The translations under genes were made by a program, and so were the position numbers. A model generated the notes under the pieces. It saw only the letters and a list, made by a program, of their open reading frames with translations, did no database searches and was not told the DNA's origin. Below, one piece after another: positions 30,268-41,788 of a stretch of DNA of 64,000 nucleotides. Each line of letters opens with the position of its first letter. The stretch's first letter is position 1. Source of the stretch: Minisyncoccota bacterium (lineage in GTDB: Bacteria > Patescibacteriota > Minisyncoccia > Phycocordibacterales > UBA918); NCBI GenBank assembly GCA_022841645.1, contig JALHRC010000002.1:36846-100845 (forward strand), read 5' to 3'.

Positions 30268-30927
30268 ATGAAAAATCAATCAATCGCAATAATTATTGGA
30301 CTCGGAATCTTAGTCGTTGGTGCCGTAGCGTATAGTTTTGGTGCAAATAAGGATACTGATACCAAAATGGGTATGAATATGGGTGATGACGTACCAGTAG
30401 GGATGCACCGTATGCCAGATGGTTCACTAATGGGTAACGCCCCTGCAAACAACGACATGGGTATGATGGGTGGTATGGATCACTCAATGATGATGGTAAA
30501 GAGTGAACGAGAGTTTCTTAAGGGTATGATTCCACACCACCAAGAAGCAGTTGATACTGCCAAGCAGGTGATCGCTCGTGGCGGTTCAACTCCCGAAATC
30601 AAGAAACTAGCTGAAGACATCATCGTGGCACAAGAGAAAGAGATCGCTATGATGAAGGAGTGGTATCAGGCGTGGTACGGGGAAGCATATGTAGCTGATC
30701 CTAAAGACTACAAACCTATGATGCGTGACCTCTCAACTCTCAGGGGAGCTGCTCTAGATAAGGTCTTTCTCGAAGATATGGTTATGCACCACATGGGAGC
30801 AATAATGATGGCACAAAGTGTACAACCATACATAGAAAATCAAGAAATCACAGATCTGACCAAGGCAATTATGGAGACGCAGGCAGCGGAGATAGAATTA
30901 ATGCGACAGATGCTTAAAACCTTGTAA
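30268..30927 (+). CDS. DUF305 (CopM-like) Met/His-rich metal-binding protein
   Basis: MIPHHQEAV and MVMHHMGAI double-His motifs; MHRMPDG; N-terminal anchor. Confidence 0.85.
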   Translation: MKNQSIAIIIGLGILVVGAVAYSFGANKDTDTKMGMNMGDDVPVGMHRMPDGSLMGNAPANNDMGMMGGMDHSMMMVKSEREFLKGMIPHHQEAVDTAKQVIARGGSTPEIKKLAEDIIVAQEKEIAMMKEWYQAWYGEAYVADPKDYKPMMRDLSTLRGAALDKVFLEDMVMHHMGAIMMAQSVQPYIENQEITDLTKAIMETQAAEIELMRQMLKTL

Positions 30928-31053
30928 TGATATGGAGTGAATATTCTTTTACAAAATCTGTTGCAAGGTAGGGCACGCTTGATATGTCACCCAAAACTTC
31001 ATTAGATACTCCCTAAACTGGTTCGATAAATTTCCCCTATAGTCCACCGAGAC

Positions 31054-31095
31054 AAACTAAAGGCACACCCATAACAATGGGTGTGCCTTTAGTTT
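31054..31095. terminator. Strong hairpin (19-bp perfect stem) inside a larger structured element
   Basis: AAACTAAAGGCACACCCAT-AACA-ATGGGTGTGCCTTTAGTTT. Confidence 0.75.
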
Positions 31096-31318
31096 AGTAA
31101 GTGACCAATGTCACTTATGGGTCTCGGTGGAAGCCACTGCGATGTTTTCTGTTCATCATAGAGCAGAAAACCGCAAGGGGGGGTCGACAGCACTTAGTAG
31201 AATCAGCACGAAGTGCTTGATTCTACTAAGTGACTGGTGACCACAAGGACCTGCTAAATTCTGAGCAAAGCGAAACAATATAGCTTGGTGACCGTCAAGA
31301 TCAACATCTTGACTTTCT

Positions 31319-31588
31319 ATGGCTTTGTGTAAACATGTATTTGCTGTACCCATTGAGCGGAGTAGAATCATGGATCCAGAGCTCTTGAAGGACATTCCCC
31401 AAGGTACGTTCCGCATCATTCACTGCATGGGGGATGGTCCGCTCGACTACAGCGCCTGCTGTGTCGGGAACTATAGTGAGAGGCGAGAAGCGATTCGAAT
31501 CGCAAGCGACCACAATCGAGGTCGGCGGGAGGCTCAGAGCTCCAGCACGTACTTTGTCTTTGATGACAAGGGCGCGTGCATCCACTAG
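31319..31588 (+). CDS. Hypothetical protein (start may be ATG 31370)
   Basis: ORF ending YFVFDDKG; followed by a GC hairpin at 31606-31629. Confidence 0.5.
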   Translation: MALCKHVFAVPIERSRIMDPELLKDIPQGTFRIIHCMGDGPLDYSACCVGNYSERREAIRIASDHNRGRREAQSSSTYFVFDDKGACIH

Positions 31589-31720
31589 GGGACAGGGCAG
31601 TTGTGGGGCCGCAGCATTCGCTGCGGCCCTTGCTAGCTTATGCTACTACATACTGAGCGGCGCAAGAACTAACAATGACGACAGAACTGACACAAAACAC
31701 AATGCTATACTGCTAGGTAT

Positions 31721-32005
31721 ATGACATGGCAAAGACAAGAGGCAATTCGCAGCAACCCCGAGAAGATTGTGGGAAGGATTGAGATGGAAGGTACTGGCTC
31801 ATGGAAGGAGCGCTATGAAGGTGTCACCATCGGGCAGGTGCGAAAAAAGCTTGAATACTCGCCGGAACTAAGAGAGCAATTAAAGAATATTAATCCTGAT
31901 GACATGGACGCTATTAAAAGTATAGCTAATAAGATTGGTGAAGATGAGGCTATACTGGCAGCCATTGCTTTTGCCATCAGATCTAAGTTAATTGGGACAA
32001 ACTAA
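31721..32005 (+). CDS. Hypothetical protein (94 aa)
   Basis: Extended -10 TGcTATACT 9 nt upstream of ATG. Confidence 0.6.
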   Translation: MTWQRQEAIRSNPEKIVGRIEMEGTGSWKERYEGVTIGQVRKKLEYSPELREQLKNINPDDMDAIKSIANKIGEDEAILAAIAFAIRSKLIGTN

Positions 32006-32084
32006 TCTAGTAAGTGGCTTGTTAATACAGCCATAATCTGCTACCATGCAGCCGCAAAAGCGGGGCTTTTGAGTGTCATTTGCC

Positions 32085-32852
32085 ATGTTTGGTCTGATTG
32101 AAACGGCATACGCCGCGGAGGGTATTTCGGTAAAGCTCGCACCATACGTGGTGGGGGAGACCTTTGGAGTACCTATCACTTCCACCATGATCACCACTTG
32201 GCTCACTATGGGACTTCTCCTCGTCCTCGTGCTCGTGGGTACCCGCCGACTCGCCCTTGTCCCCGCCGGACGACTCCAAAATGTTTTTGAGATGGTAGTT
32301 GGTGGCGTCCACGACTACATGGCTGACGTGCTGGAGAGCAAGCAGCTCGCCCGCACCTACTTTCCTATCGTGATGACGATTTTCCTGTTTGTCCTTTCCC
32401 TCAACTGGGTGGGGCTTCTACCGGGCGTAACCGCCTTTGGCACCTACGACCTAGGCCACCTCACTCCGTGGCTCTATCCCGCAGCTACCGATCTCAATAT
32501 CACCCTTGCCTTTGCGCTTATCGCCTTCGTGACCATCGAAATGGCCGGGGTAGTGGCGCTGGGCACCTTCCGCTACCTCGGCAAGTTTTTCAACTTCCAT
32601 TCACCACTTGGGTTTATTATTGGCATCATCGAACTCATTTCGGAAATGGCCCGTCTCATTTCCTTCTCCTTTCGTCTTTTTGGCAATATCTTTGCTGGCA
32701 AAACGCTCCTCGTCGTCATCATGTTCTTTGTGCCGTACGTGGTGCCGGTGCCCCTCATTGCCTTTGAAGTGTTTGTCGGATTCATCCAGGCCTTCATTTT
32801 TTCGGTACTGACATTATTCTTTATTAAACTGGCCGTGACCGAACCGCATTAA
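32085..32852 (+). CDS. atpB: F0 ATP synthase subunit a
   Basis: NWVGLLPG, ATDLN, SFRLFGNIFAG (essential Arg) and IQAFIF motifs. Confidence 0.96.
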   Translation: MFGLIETAYAAEGISVKLAPYVVGETFGVPITSTMITTWLTMGLLLVLVLVGTRRLALVPAGRLQNVFEMVVGGVHDYMADVLESKQLARTYFPIVMTIFLFVLSLNWVGLLPGVTAFGTYDLGHLTPWLYPAATDLNITLAFALIAFVTIEMAGVVALGTFRYLGKFFNFHSPLGFIIGIIELISEMARLISFSFRLFGNIFAGKTLLVVIMFFVPYVVPVPLIAFEVFVGFIQAFIFSVLTLFFIKLAVTEPH

Positions 32853-32933
32853 CCACGTTAGAAAGTATGAAATATTCTATTGGTGAGGTAGTGTGGGTGA
32901 CTAGGACAGAGGCAGTAGTTCTTTCTAACGTGG
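32853..32933. mobile_element. 81-bp MITE-like element with 13-bp terminal inverted repeats
   Basis: CCACGTTAGAAAG ... CTTTCTAACGTGG, starting immediately after the atpB stop. Confidence 0.5.
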
Positions 32934-33008
32934 CTAGCAGATAATCACGAGTCTCGCCCCACCCGTGGGCGCGCGCCTCGTACTTGTCCGGTAGTGATTA
33001 CTCATTAA

Positions 33009-33284
<276 letters not shown>

Positions 33285-33287
33285 TAC

Positions 33288-33614
33288 ATGCAGTTTAAGG
33301 AGTTTGTTCAAAAAGCCGACCTTGTAACAGACTTGTATAAAGATCTGAATAGGGAACAGGGATTCCCACAGTGGTCACTCCAAGACTACGTGCAAGGCTT
33401 TACGGAAGATGTAGGAACACTCTCGCGCCTCACGATGATGAAAGCCGGAGTGCGTAAGCCTGTCGACGACTTGGATGAGAAGCTCAAGCATGAAGTGTGT
33501 GACTGTCTATGGTCAGTTATCAGAGTAGCGCAAGCGCTCAACATTGATCTAGAGACAGAATTCCCCCTGCAAATGGACAAACTTGCTAAACGCATTAAAG
33601 AAGACAAACATTAA
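33288..33614 (+). CDS. MazG-like nucleotide pyrophosphohydrolase inserted in the atp operon
   Basis: TEDVGTL...LKHEVCDCLWSVIRVAQALNIDLE fits the MazG-like helical EExxE...ExxD pattern. Confidence 0.75.
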   Translation: MQFKEFVQKADLVTDLYKDLNREQGFPQWSLQDYVQGFTEDVGTLSRLTMMKAGVRKPVDDLDEKLKHEVCDCLWSVIRVAQALNIDLETEFPLQMDKLAKRIKEDKH

Positions 33615-33616
33615 TT

Positions 33617-34063
33617 ATGGATCAAATCATCGAAGCCTTCGGGATTGACTGGCGACTCATCGGCATTCAAATCGTCAACTTTGGCCTACTCCTCGCGGCG
33701 CTGACGTACTTTTTGTACAAGCCTGTGTTGCGGCTCCTTGATGAACGCGCGGCTAAAATCGCGCAGGGCGTGGCTGATGCCGAGGCAGCTGCGCTCGCCA
33801 AGGCTAGTGCGGAGGGTGAGAAGAAAGCTACCCTCGCCACCGCTCAGAGTGAAGCGACCGCGATTGCTGAGCGAGCACGTCTTCACGCCGCCGGCGTAAG
33901 CGAAGAGGCTGCCAAGGCAGCGCAAGTGAAGGCAGCCACTATTGTAGCAGAGGCGGAAGCACGCGCCCTGGAAGCCAGGCGCCGCGCCGAGAAGGAAAGT
34001 GAGGCCGAAATCACCAAGCTCGCTCTTCTGGCGACCGAAAAGCTGCTGCGCGAACGCGCCTAG
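33617..34063 (+). CDS. atpF: F0 ATP synthase subunit b
   Basis: FGIDW..QIVNF..LYKPV..LDER; Ala-rich coiled coil. Confidence 0.93.
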   Translation: MDQIIEAFGIDWRLIGIQIVNFGLLLAALTYFLYKPVLRLLDERAAKIAQGVADAEAAALAKASAEGEKKATLATAQSEATAIAERARLHAAGVSEEAAKAAQVKAATIVAEAEARALEARRRAEKESEAEITKLALLATEKLLRERA

Positions 34064-34090
34064 TCAGCACCCCGAGCGATTCTCACCATT

Positions 34091-34477
34091 ATGCGCGAAC
34101 ACTACATCACCGCCGTTCTACAACTCCTCGCTGAGGGGGCTGCTCCGGCGAAGGTGATTGATGGTCTTAAGCGCACGCTTAAGACCCACGACCATCTTCG
34201 CCTGCTTCCAACTATTTTGCGCGGTGTGCTGCGCCATTTAGAGAACGGAAACACCAAACAGGGTGCGCGTGTGTATGTAGCGCGTGAAGATGATGTCGAG
34301 AAGTTGACGGCCACTATCAAGAAACACCTCGCCACCTTAGGTGCATCAGAGTCGCCGCTCACGGTTGTGAGTCCAGCACTCATCGGGGGTGTCGTGGTCG
34401 AGCATGGCAACCGCCGCGTCGATGCATCGTACAAACGCGCCCTTACAGAACTCTACGACCGAGTGACCAACGCCTAA
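34091..34477 (+). CDS. atpH: F1 ATP synthase subunit delta (short)
   Basis: Position between atpF and atpA; [15 protein letters not shown]-terminal motif. Confidence 0.85.
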   Translation: MREHYITAVLQLLAEGAAPAKVIDGLKRTLKTHDHLRLLPTILRGVLRHLENGNTKQGARVYVAREDDVEKLTATIKKHLATLGASESPLTVVSPALIGGVVVEHGNRRVDASYKRALTELYDRVTNA

Positions 34478-34508
34478 CCTTTACTTACTTTTATTTTTAG
34501 CCACGTTT

Positions 34509-36074
<1,566 letters not shown>

Positions 36075-36080
36075 ATCACC

Positions 36081-36983
36081 GTGGCTCTCAAACAAATTAA
36101 AAACAAAATAGTCTCGACCAAGAAAACCGGCAAGGTCACCAAGGCCATGGAGTCGGTTTCGGCGGTGAAGATGCGCAAGAGCCAGGAGCGCGCGCTTTCG
36201 TCGCGCCCCTACGTACTCGGTGCTACCGCTATGCTTGAGCGTCTTATAGTAGGAAGCAAAGGGGTTTCCCACCCACTTATGGCAGCACGCACAGGTAGCA
36301 AAGTGCTCGCGGTTATTGTGACGAGCGACAAGGGCCTTGCCGGAAGCGTTAACAGTGCGGTCTTGAAGCAAGCCGAGCGTCTATTTCGTAGCGAGGGCAC
36401 TGTCGATGTGGTGGCCTTTGGTCGCAAAGCAGTGGAGTTTACTCGTCGTGAGGGCAAGAAGCTGATCGCCGAGTTTACCAACGTCGCCGATGGTGTGGGC
36501 CTTTCCGATATCGAAGCTGCTACCGCCATGATTATTGATGCCTACAAAAATGACGATTACCGCAGCGTGGTTGTCATTCACCAAAACTTTCTCTCCACCT
36601 TTGAACAGGCTCCTACCGTACGCAACGTGCTGCCGCTACGGGCCGAAGAAATCCACCGCATTGCCGCCGATATCGCCCCACGGATGGGGAAGTACAGTGG
36701 TGTAAAGCATGAGGTGGGTACCGCCCGTGAGTACACCATTGAACCCTCACCGGAAGTGGTGCTCGAGGCGCTGCTGCCACAGCTCGTGCAGATCATCCTC
36801 TACCACGCGCTCCTCGAGAGCAAAGCGTCCGAGCACTCAGCGCGCATGGTGGCGATGAAGAACGCGACTGACAAGAGTAAGGAGGTAGTAAAGGCACTCA
36901 CCATTAAGTTCAACAAGCAACGCCAGCAAGCCATCACGGCTGAGGTGAGTGAAATCACCGCTGGTGTGGAAGCGATGAAATAG
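36081..36983 (+). CDS. atpG: F1 ATP synthase subunit gamma
   Basis: KVTKAME, SDKGLAG, SEHSARMVAM and RQQAITAE motifs. Confidence 0.97.
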   Translation: MALKQIKNKIVSTKKTGKVTKAMESVSAVKMRKSQERALSSRPYVLGATAMLERLIVGSKGVSHPLMAARTGSKVLAVIVTSDKGLAGSVNSAVLKQAERLFRSEGTVDVVAFGRKAVEFTRREGKKLIAEFTNVADGVGLSDIEAATAMIIDAYKNDDYRSVVVIHQNFLSTFEQAPTVRNVLPLRAEEIHRIAADIAPRMGKYSGVKHEVGTAREYTIEPSPEVVLEALLPQLVQIILYHALLESKASEHSARMVAMKNATDKSKEVVKALTIKFNKQRQQAITAEVSEITAGVEAMK

Positions 36984-36984
36984 T

Positions 36985-37302
36985 ATGAAAGACTTAATTC
37001 CAAGCATAATTGTCCCTTTGGGATTATGGTACAGCTTCTCTAGTGGTGGCGTAGCTTCAAAGTTACAGCAGGGTGGTGTACCGTTAGATTTTCCAGCTAT
37101 ACTTTATTCTTTGGAAATTATAGAGTGGTCTTTCTTGTTTGTTGTCGTCGCCAACATCATAATGTTAGTTTTAGAATATTTTGCTAAAACTAACCCCCGA
37201 TTACAATCTATTTATCAAATAGTCCAACAGGTTTTAGCATTTACTGTTTTCGTTGTATTTATTGGTGGATTCATATTTCTTGCCTATCTTGGCCTTAAGT
37301 AA
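36985..37302 (+). CDS. Cassette 1: small multi-TM hypothetical protein (105 aa)
   Basis: AT-rich ORF starting 1 nt after the atpG stop; about 3 hydrophobic segments; followed by repeat R1. Confidence 0.7.
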   Translation: MKDLIPSIIVPLGLWYSFSSGGVASKLQQGGVPLDFPAILYSLEIIEWSFLFVVVANIIMLVLEYFAKTNPRLQSIYQIVQQVLAFTVFVVFIGGFIFLAYLGLK

Positions 37303-37308
37303 TACTAA

Positions 37309-37353
37309 GTAGCGAGTGCCTTGTTGGGCTTTCGCTACTCAGTGGTACTGAGT
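37309..37353 (+). repeat. 45-bp structured direct repeat R1
   Basis: GTAGCGAGTGCC-TTGTT-GGGCTTTCGCTACTCAGTGGTACTGAGT. Confidence 0.95.
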
Positions 37354-37362
37354 AAATTACGC

Positions 37363-37695
37363 ATGGAAAAGCATTATCAGTTGCTGAGCACATTATTTCT
37401 ACTAGCACTATTTGTGGTGGCTTCGGAATGGTGGATTATTACATCACTCATATATTTTACTTGCCAAAGCGAAGCAGGGAACGCGTGCACCTTGCTTGAA
37501 ACGTACGCTCCAGTTCGCTATCTTGGCCTTGATTCTTGGTTGTACGTTGTCGCCGGTACGCTACCGATTGCTTGGTTGCTACTCTTGCTATCAAAAAAAC
37601 TTACCCGTATTGATACGCTAATTGGCCTCGTTTCTGTTCAAATACTCTTACTAATCACCGTTGCCCTTGTTGAGTTTGTTCAAAAAGCACTGTAG
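37363..37695 (+). CDS. Cassette 2: small multi-TM hypothetical protein (110 aa) with a Cys-pair loop
   Basis: ATG 37363 just after R1; WWI...YFTC...CT motif; about 3 TMs; followed by R2. Confidence 0.7.
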   Translation: MEKHYQLLSTLFLLALFVVASEWWIITSLIYFTCQSEAGNACTLLETYAPVRYLGLDSWLYVVAGTLPIAWLLLLLSKKLTRIDTLIGLVSVQILLLITVALVEFVQKAL

Positions 37696-37701
37696 CACCA
37701 A

Positions 37702-37746
37702 GTGGCGAGTGCCTTTATGGGCTTTCGCCACTCAGTGGTACTGAGT
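37702..37746 (+). repeat. 45-bp structured direct repeat R2
   Basis: GTGGCGAGTGCC-TTTAT-GGGCTTTCGCCACTCAGTGGTACTGAGT; compensatory A-T to G-C change. Confidence 0.95.
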
Positions 37747-37779
37747 CACGTCAGACAAGACGTTAAAATCATCTAAGTC

Positions 37780-38214
37780 ATGGATAAGAAATCAACAAAA
37801 AAGTACGACTGGCTAACAAAGTTTCTTATAGATACCGATAGGTTAGATAATCCAAACCTTCCAGTAGCTAAGCAGGAGTACACACCAACACAAAAGTTTT
37901 TTGGGTGGGTACTACTTTTTGTTACTACACATTCATGGTGGATTTCTGCTGCATTTGTATTGTACTTTTGCGAAGGAGCAATAGGTGTTGGATATAGGTG
38001 CACCATTCCAATTGAAGATTGGGCTTTCTTTACCGAATTGTCTACTATCTTCTTTGGTATACCGCTATTATTACCACTATTATTTTACTTTAAATTCTTT
38101 AGTAATTTTTTTAAGAAAATTAATACCCTGACCTTCATTCTTGGCTCGATCTTATTGCTTGTAATTATTTTTAACCTGGTATCAATCTTGTCAAATTACT
38201 TGAACAACCAGTAG
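37780..38214 (+). CDS. Cassette 3: small multi-TM hypothetical protein (144 aa), probable distant paralog of cassette 2
   Basis: Very AT-rich; WWI...YFC...CT motif; about 3 TMs; followed by R3. Confidence 0.7.
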   Translation: MDKKSTKKYDWLTKFLIDTDRLDNPNLPVAKQEYTPTQKFFGWVLLFVTTHSWWISAAFVLYFCEGAIGVGYRCTIPIEDWAFFTELSTIFFGIPLLLPLLFYFKFFSNFFKKINTLTFILGSILLLVIIFNLVSILSNYLNNQ

Positions 38215-38220
38215 TGATGG

Positions 38221-39676
<1,456 letters not shown>

Positions 39677-39684
39677 CGAAATTT

Positions 39685-40074
39685 ATGAAGAGTGTGACCA
39701 TCTGCGGGAGCATGAAATTTGCCACAGAGATGACTGACTGGGGTGCTTTCTTGCAGATGAATGGAATCACCGCAAATGTTCCTGACCTTGTCGGGAACGA
39801 TGTATGGAATAGTGCGAACAGCAATGAGCGCCGCGCACTCGCTAAACAGCTTGCAGTGAATCACTTTAGAAAAATTGACAACAGCAGCGTTGTCTTCATA
39901 TTCAATAAAGATGGCTACGCCGGTCCATCCGTAACACTAGAAATCGGCTACGCAATTGCGTGCCAACGACCACTGTTTGCACTTTGCGAAGATACTAATG
40001 AAGTTTGTAGAGATGTGTGGTTTGATGGCTACTGCAAGACCAAGGAGTCATTATTAGAAATACTTAAAAAGTAA
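39685..40074 (+). CDS. Nucleoside 2-deoxyribosyltransferase-like protein inserted in the atp operon
   Basis: VTICGSMKF...HFRKIDNS..VFIFNKDGYAGPSVTLEIGYA matches the NDT-like fold pattern; AT-richer than its neighbours. Confidence 0.65.
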   Translation: MKSVTICGSMKFATEMTDWGAFLQMNGITANVPDLVGNDVWNSANSNERRALAKQLAVNHFRKIDNSSVVFIFNKDGYAGPSVTLEIGYAIACQRPLFALCEDTNEVCRDVWFDGYCKTKESLLEILKK

Positions 40075-40084
40075 TCTATACGCT

Positions 40085-40333
40085 ATGTCAAGCAAGATTT
40101 TTCAGCTCACCATCTCCCGCATCGACGGTCCGGTATTCTCTGGAGCTGTGCGAAGTATGGTAGTACCTGGTGTCGATGGGGAAATGACCATTCTCCCGGA
40201 GCACACAGCACTTATTTCACCCCTTCGGGTAGGAGAACTCGTCGTGACCGACGAGAGTGGCGCTTTGCAACGCTTTCCCGTCACTACCGGCACCCTTGAA
40301 GTGAGCAACAACCAAGCCACCGTGCTGTTGTAG
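40085..40333 (+). CDS. atpC: F1 ATP synthase subunit epsilon (N-terminal beta domain only)
   Basis: PGVDGEMTILPEHTALISPL motif; 82 aa with no C-terminal helices. Confidence 0.9.
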   Translation: MSSKIFQLTISRIDGPVFSGAVRSMVVPGVDGEMTILPEHTALISPLRVGELVVTDESGALQRFPVTTGTLEVSNNQATVLL

Positions 40334-40375
40334 AGCGAGCGAATCTAAAATCAAAAAAACTACAATAAACAGAAA

Positions 40376-40409
40376 CCGCCCGACAGAGCCGAACGGCGTC
40401 TGTGGGCGG
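40376..40409. terminator. Hairpin between convergent atpC and the clpP-like gene
   Basis: CCGCCC-GACAGA-GCCG AA CGGC-GTCTGT-GGGCGG imperfect stem. Confidence 0.55.
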
Positions 40410-40424
40410 GTGGGTTTCTCTTGG

Positions 40425-40964
40425 CTAACCTTCAATGCGGTCGATGAGCCCGAACTCCAGTGCTTCCTCCGCAGTCATATCGCGGTTTTTCTTGCAGATC
40501 GCACGCACCTCTGCGATACTCCTGCCAGTACGAGTAACCAGAAGTCTATAAAGAGTGCCCTGGTCTGCCAACATGAGCTGCTTAAGCTTATCCAGGCGCC
40601 GTTTATCGAGCAGGTCGTCCAGTGAAACTTGCTGGACGAGCACGTGGTGAATCAGCACAACTGAGTGAGGGAGGCACACGCGATCATCACAAGCCTGCAA
40701 GATAGTGGCGCCCGCAGAGCGTGCAAAGGCGTATACGACGCCCGTCTTCTTGCCCTGGTAGCTGCGCAGCAGATCGCAGATTTGAAGACTGACCCGCGTC
40801 GCACCCCCATCTGATGTGATGCGGACTTCCACATCAGGTGATCCCGCTGCGAGTAGTAGAATGAGGGACTGGCGGACACTCTCCAACATTTCCAAATTCA
40901 CCTCTCCCTCAATCATGACGACCTTGTGTTTCAGGAGGTCACGATATAGATCATTGAGCCCCAT
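40425..40964 (-). CDS. ClpP-family (S14) protease-like protein
   Basis: ITSDGG, ARSAG (Ser), VLIHH (His) and MTAEEALEFGLID motifs; own AGGAG SD and TTGACA promoter. Confidence 0.8.
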   Translation of the reverse strand: MGLNDLYRDLLKHKVVMIEGEVNLEMLESVRQSLILLLAAGSPDVEVRITSDGGATRVSLQICDLLRSYQGKKTGVVYAFARSAGATILQACDDRVCLPHSVVLIHHVLVQQVSLDDLLDKRRLDKLKQLMLADQGTLYRLLVTRTGRSIAEVRAICKKNRDMTAEEALEFGLIDRIEG

Positions 40965-41055
40965 GTCAGCTCTCCTTGCTGGTTAGAGTGAACCTACGTA
41001 GCGATGTTTTCTCTCGCTATTTATTTATATAACATACTATAATACTTGTCAAAAT

Positions 41056-41754
41056 CTAATTCAGGAGTTTTTGTAGCTTTTGAAAGGTATCAAGATGATC
41101 CTCTACTTGCACCGTCTCAATCACCCCAATCACTGACTCATCGTTTCCACCCGGATAGAGCCCATCACCAAAATAAATGCAGTCGCCGGTATTCCAGCCT
41201 TGGTGCTCGATAAGGCGGGCGACATTGGCTCCCTTATGACGGTCTTTGTGAATATAGTCAAAGCTAGTTGAGCCACCAATCTTTACCACCACTTCATCGG
41301 ACTCTAGTGGCACGCGGGAAAGAAGCTCCAAGCGACGCTTGGCATCAGGGTCATACACGCTCTTAATGTCATGCGGAGCGTGGTTGCCGACTGGGCTAAA
41401 GGTGATTTGCGCACCCCGGTCTTCTATAGGAACGAATTCGTGCCCCAATTCATGATCAAGCGCAGCCACCAAACGCTCGATATGGGACAAGATTTCTGCC
41501 CGATGATGATCTTCTAGCGGCAGGTACCATAGCTCAGTATCAGCAACATCAAAACCATGGTTACCATTTTGCGCCAAGGTATAACGACGAAGTGCGCCCA
41601 TCTGGCTGTTTATACGGCTACGTTCTCCACCAGAGACGATAATTATGTCGTGTGGCAAATCGCCGAGCAGGGAGGCCATCTCCGGCAACAGTGGCTGCCG
41701 AGCCGGCGTCACCGTCTTATCCATGTCAAAGAATAGGTGTCGATAGTCCGCCAT
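41056..41754 (-). CDS. HAD-IIB family hydrolase, eukaryote-type phosphomannomutase-like
   Basis: FFDMDKT, VSGG, IEDRGAQITFS, IGGSTSFD and YFGDGLYPGGND motifs; start set to ATG 41754. Confidence 0.82.
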   Translation of the reverse strand: MADYRHLFFDMDKTVTPARQPLLPEMASLLGDLPHDIIIVSGGERSRINSQMGALRRYTLAQNGNHGFDVADTELWYLPLEDHHRAEILSHIERLVAALDHELGHEFVPIEDRGAQITFSPVGNHAPHDIKSVYDPDAKRRLELLSRVPLESDEVVVKIGGSTSFDYIHKDRHKGANVARLIEHQGWNTGDCIYFGDGLYPGGNDESVIGVIETVQVEDHLDTFQKLQKLLN

Positions 41755-41788
41755 GGTCAAATGCGGGCACATGATACCATATGGCCAT

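Noticed and set aside
37321-37362. ORF-track start at TTG 37321 for cassette 2
   Set aside because: It lies inside repeat R1; ATG 37363 just after the repeat is more plausible.
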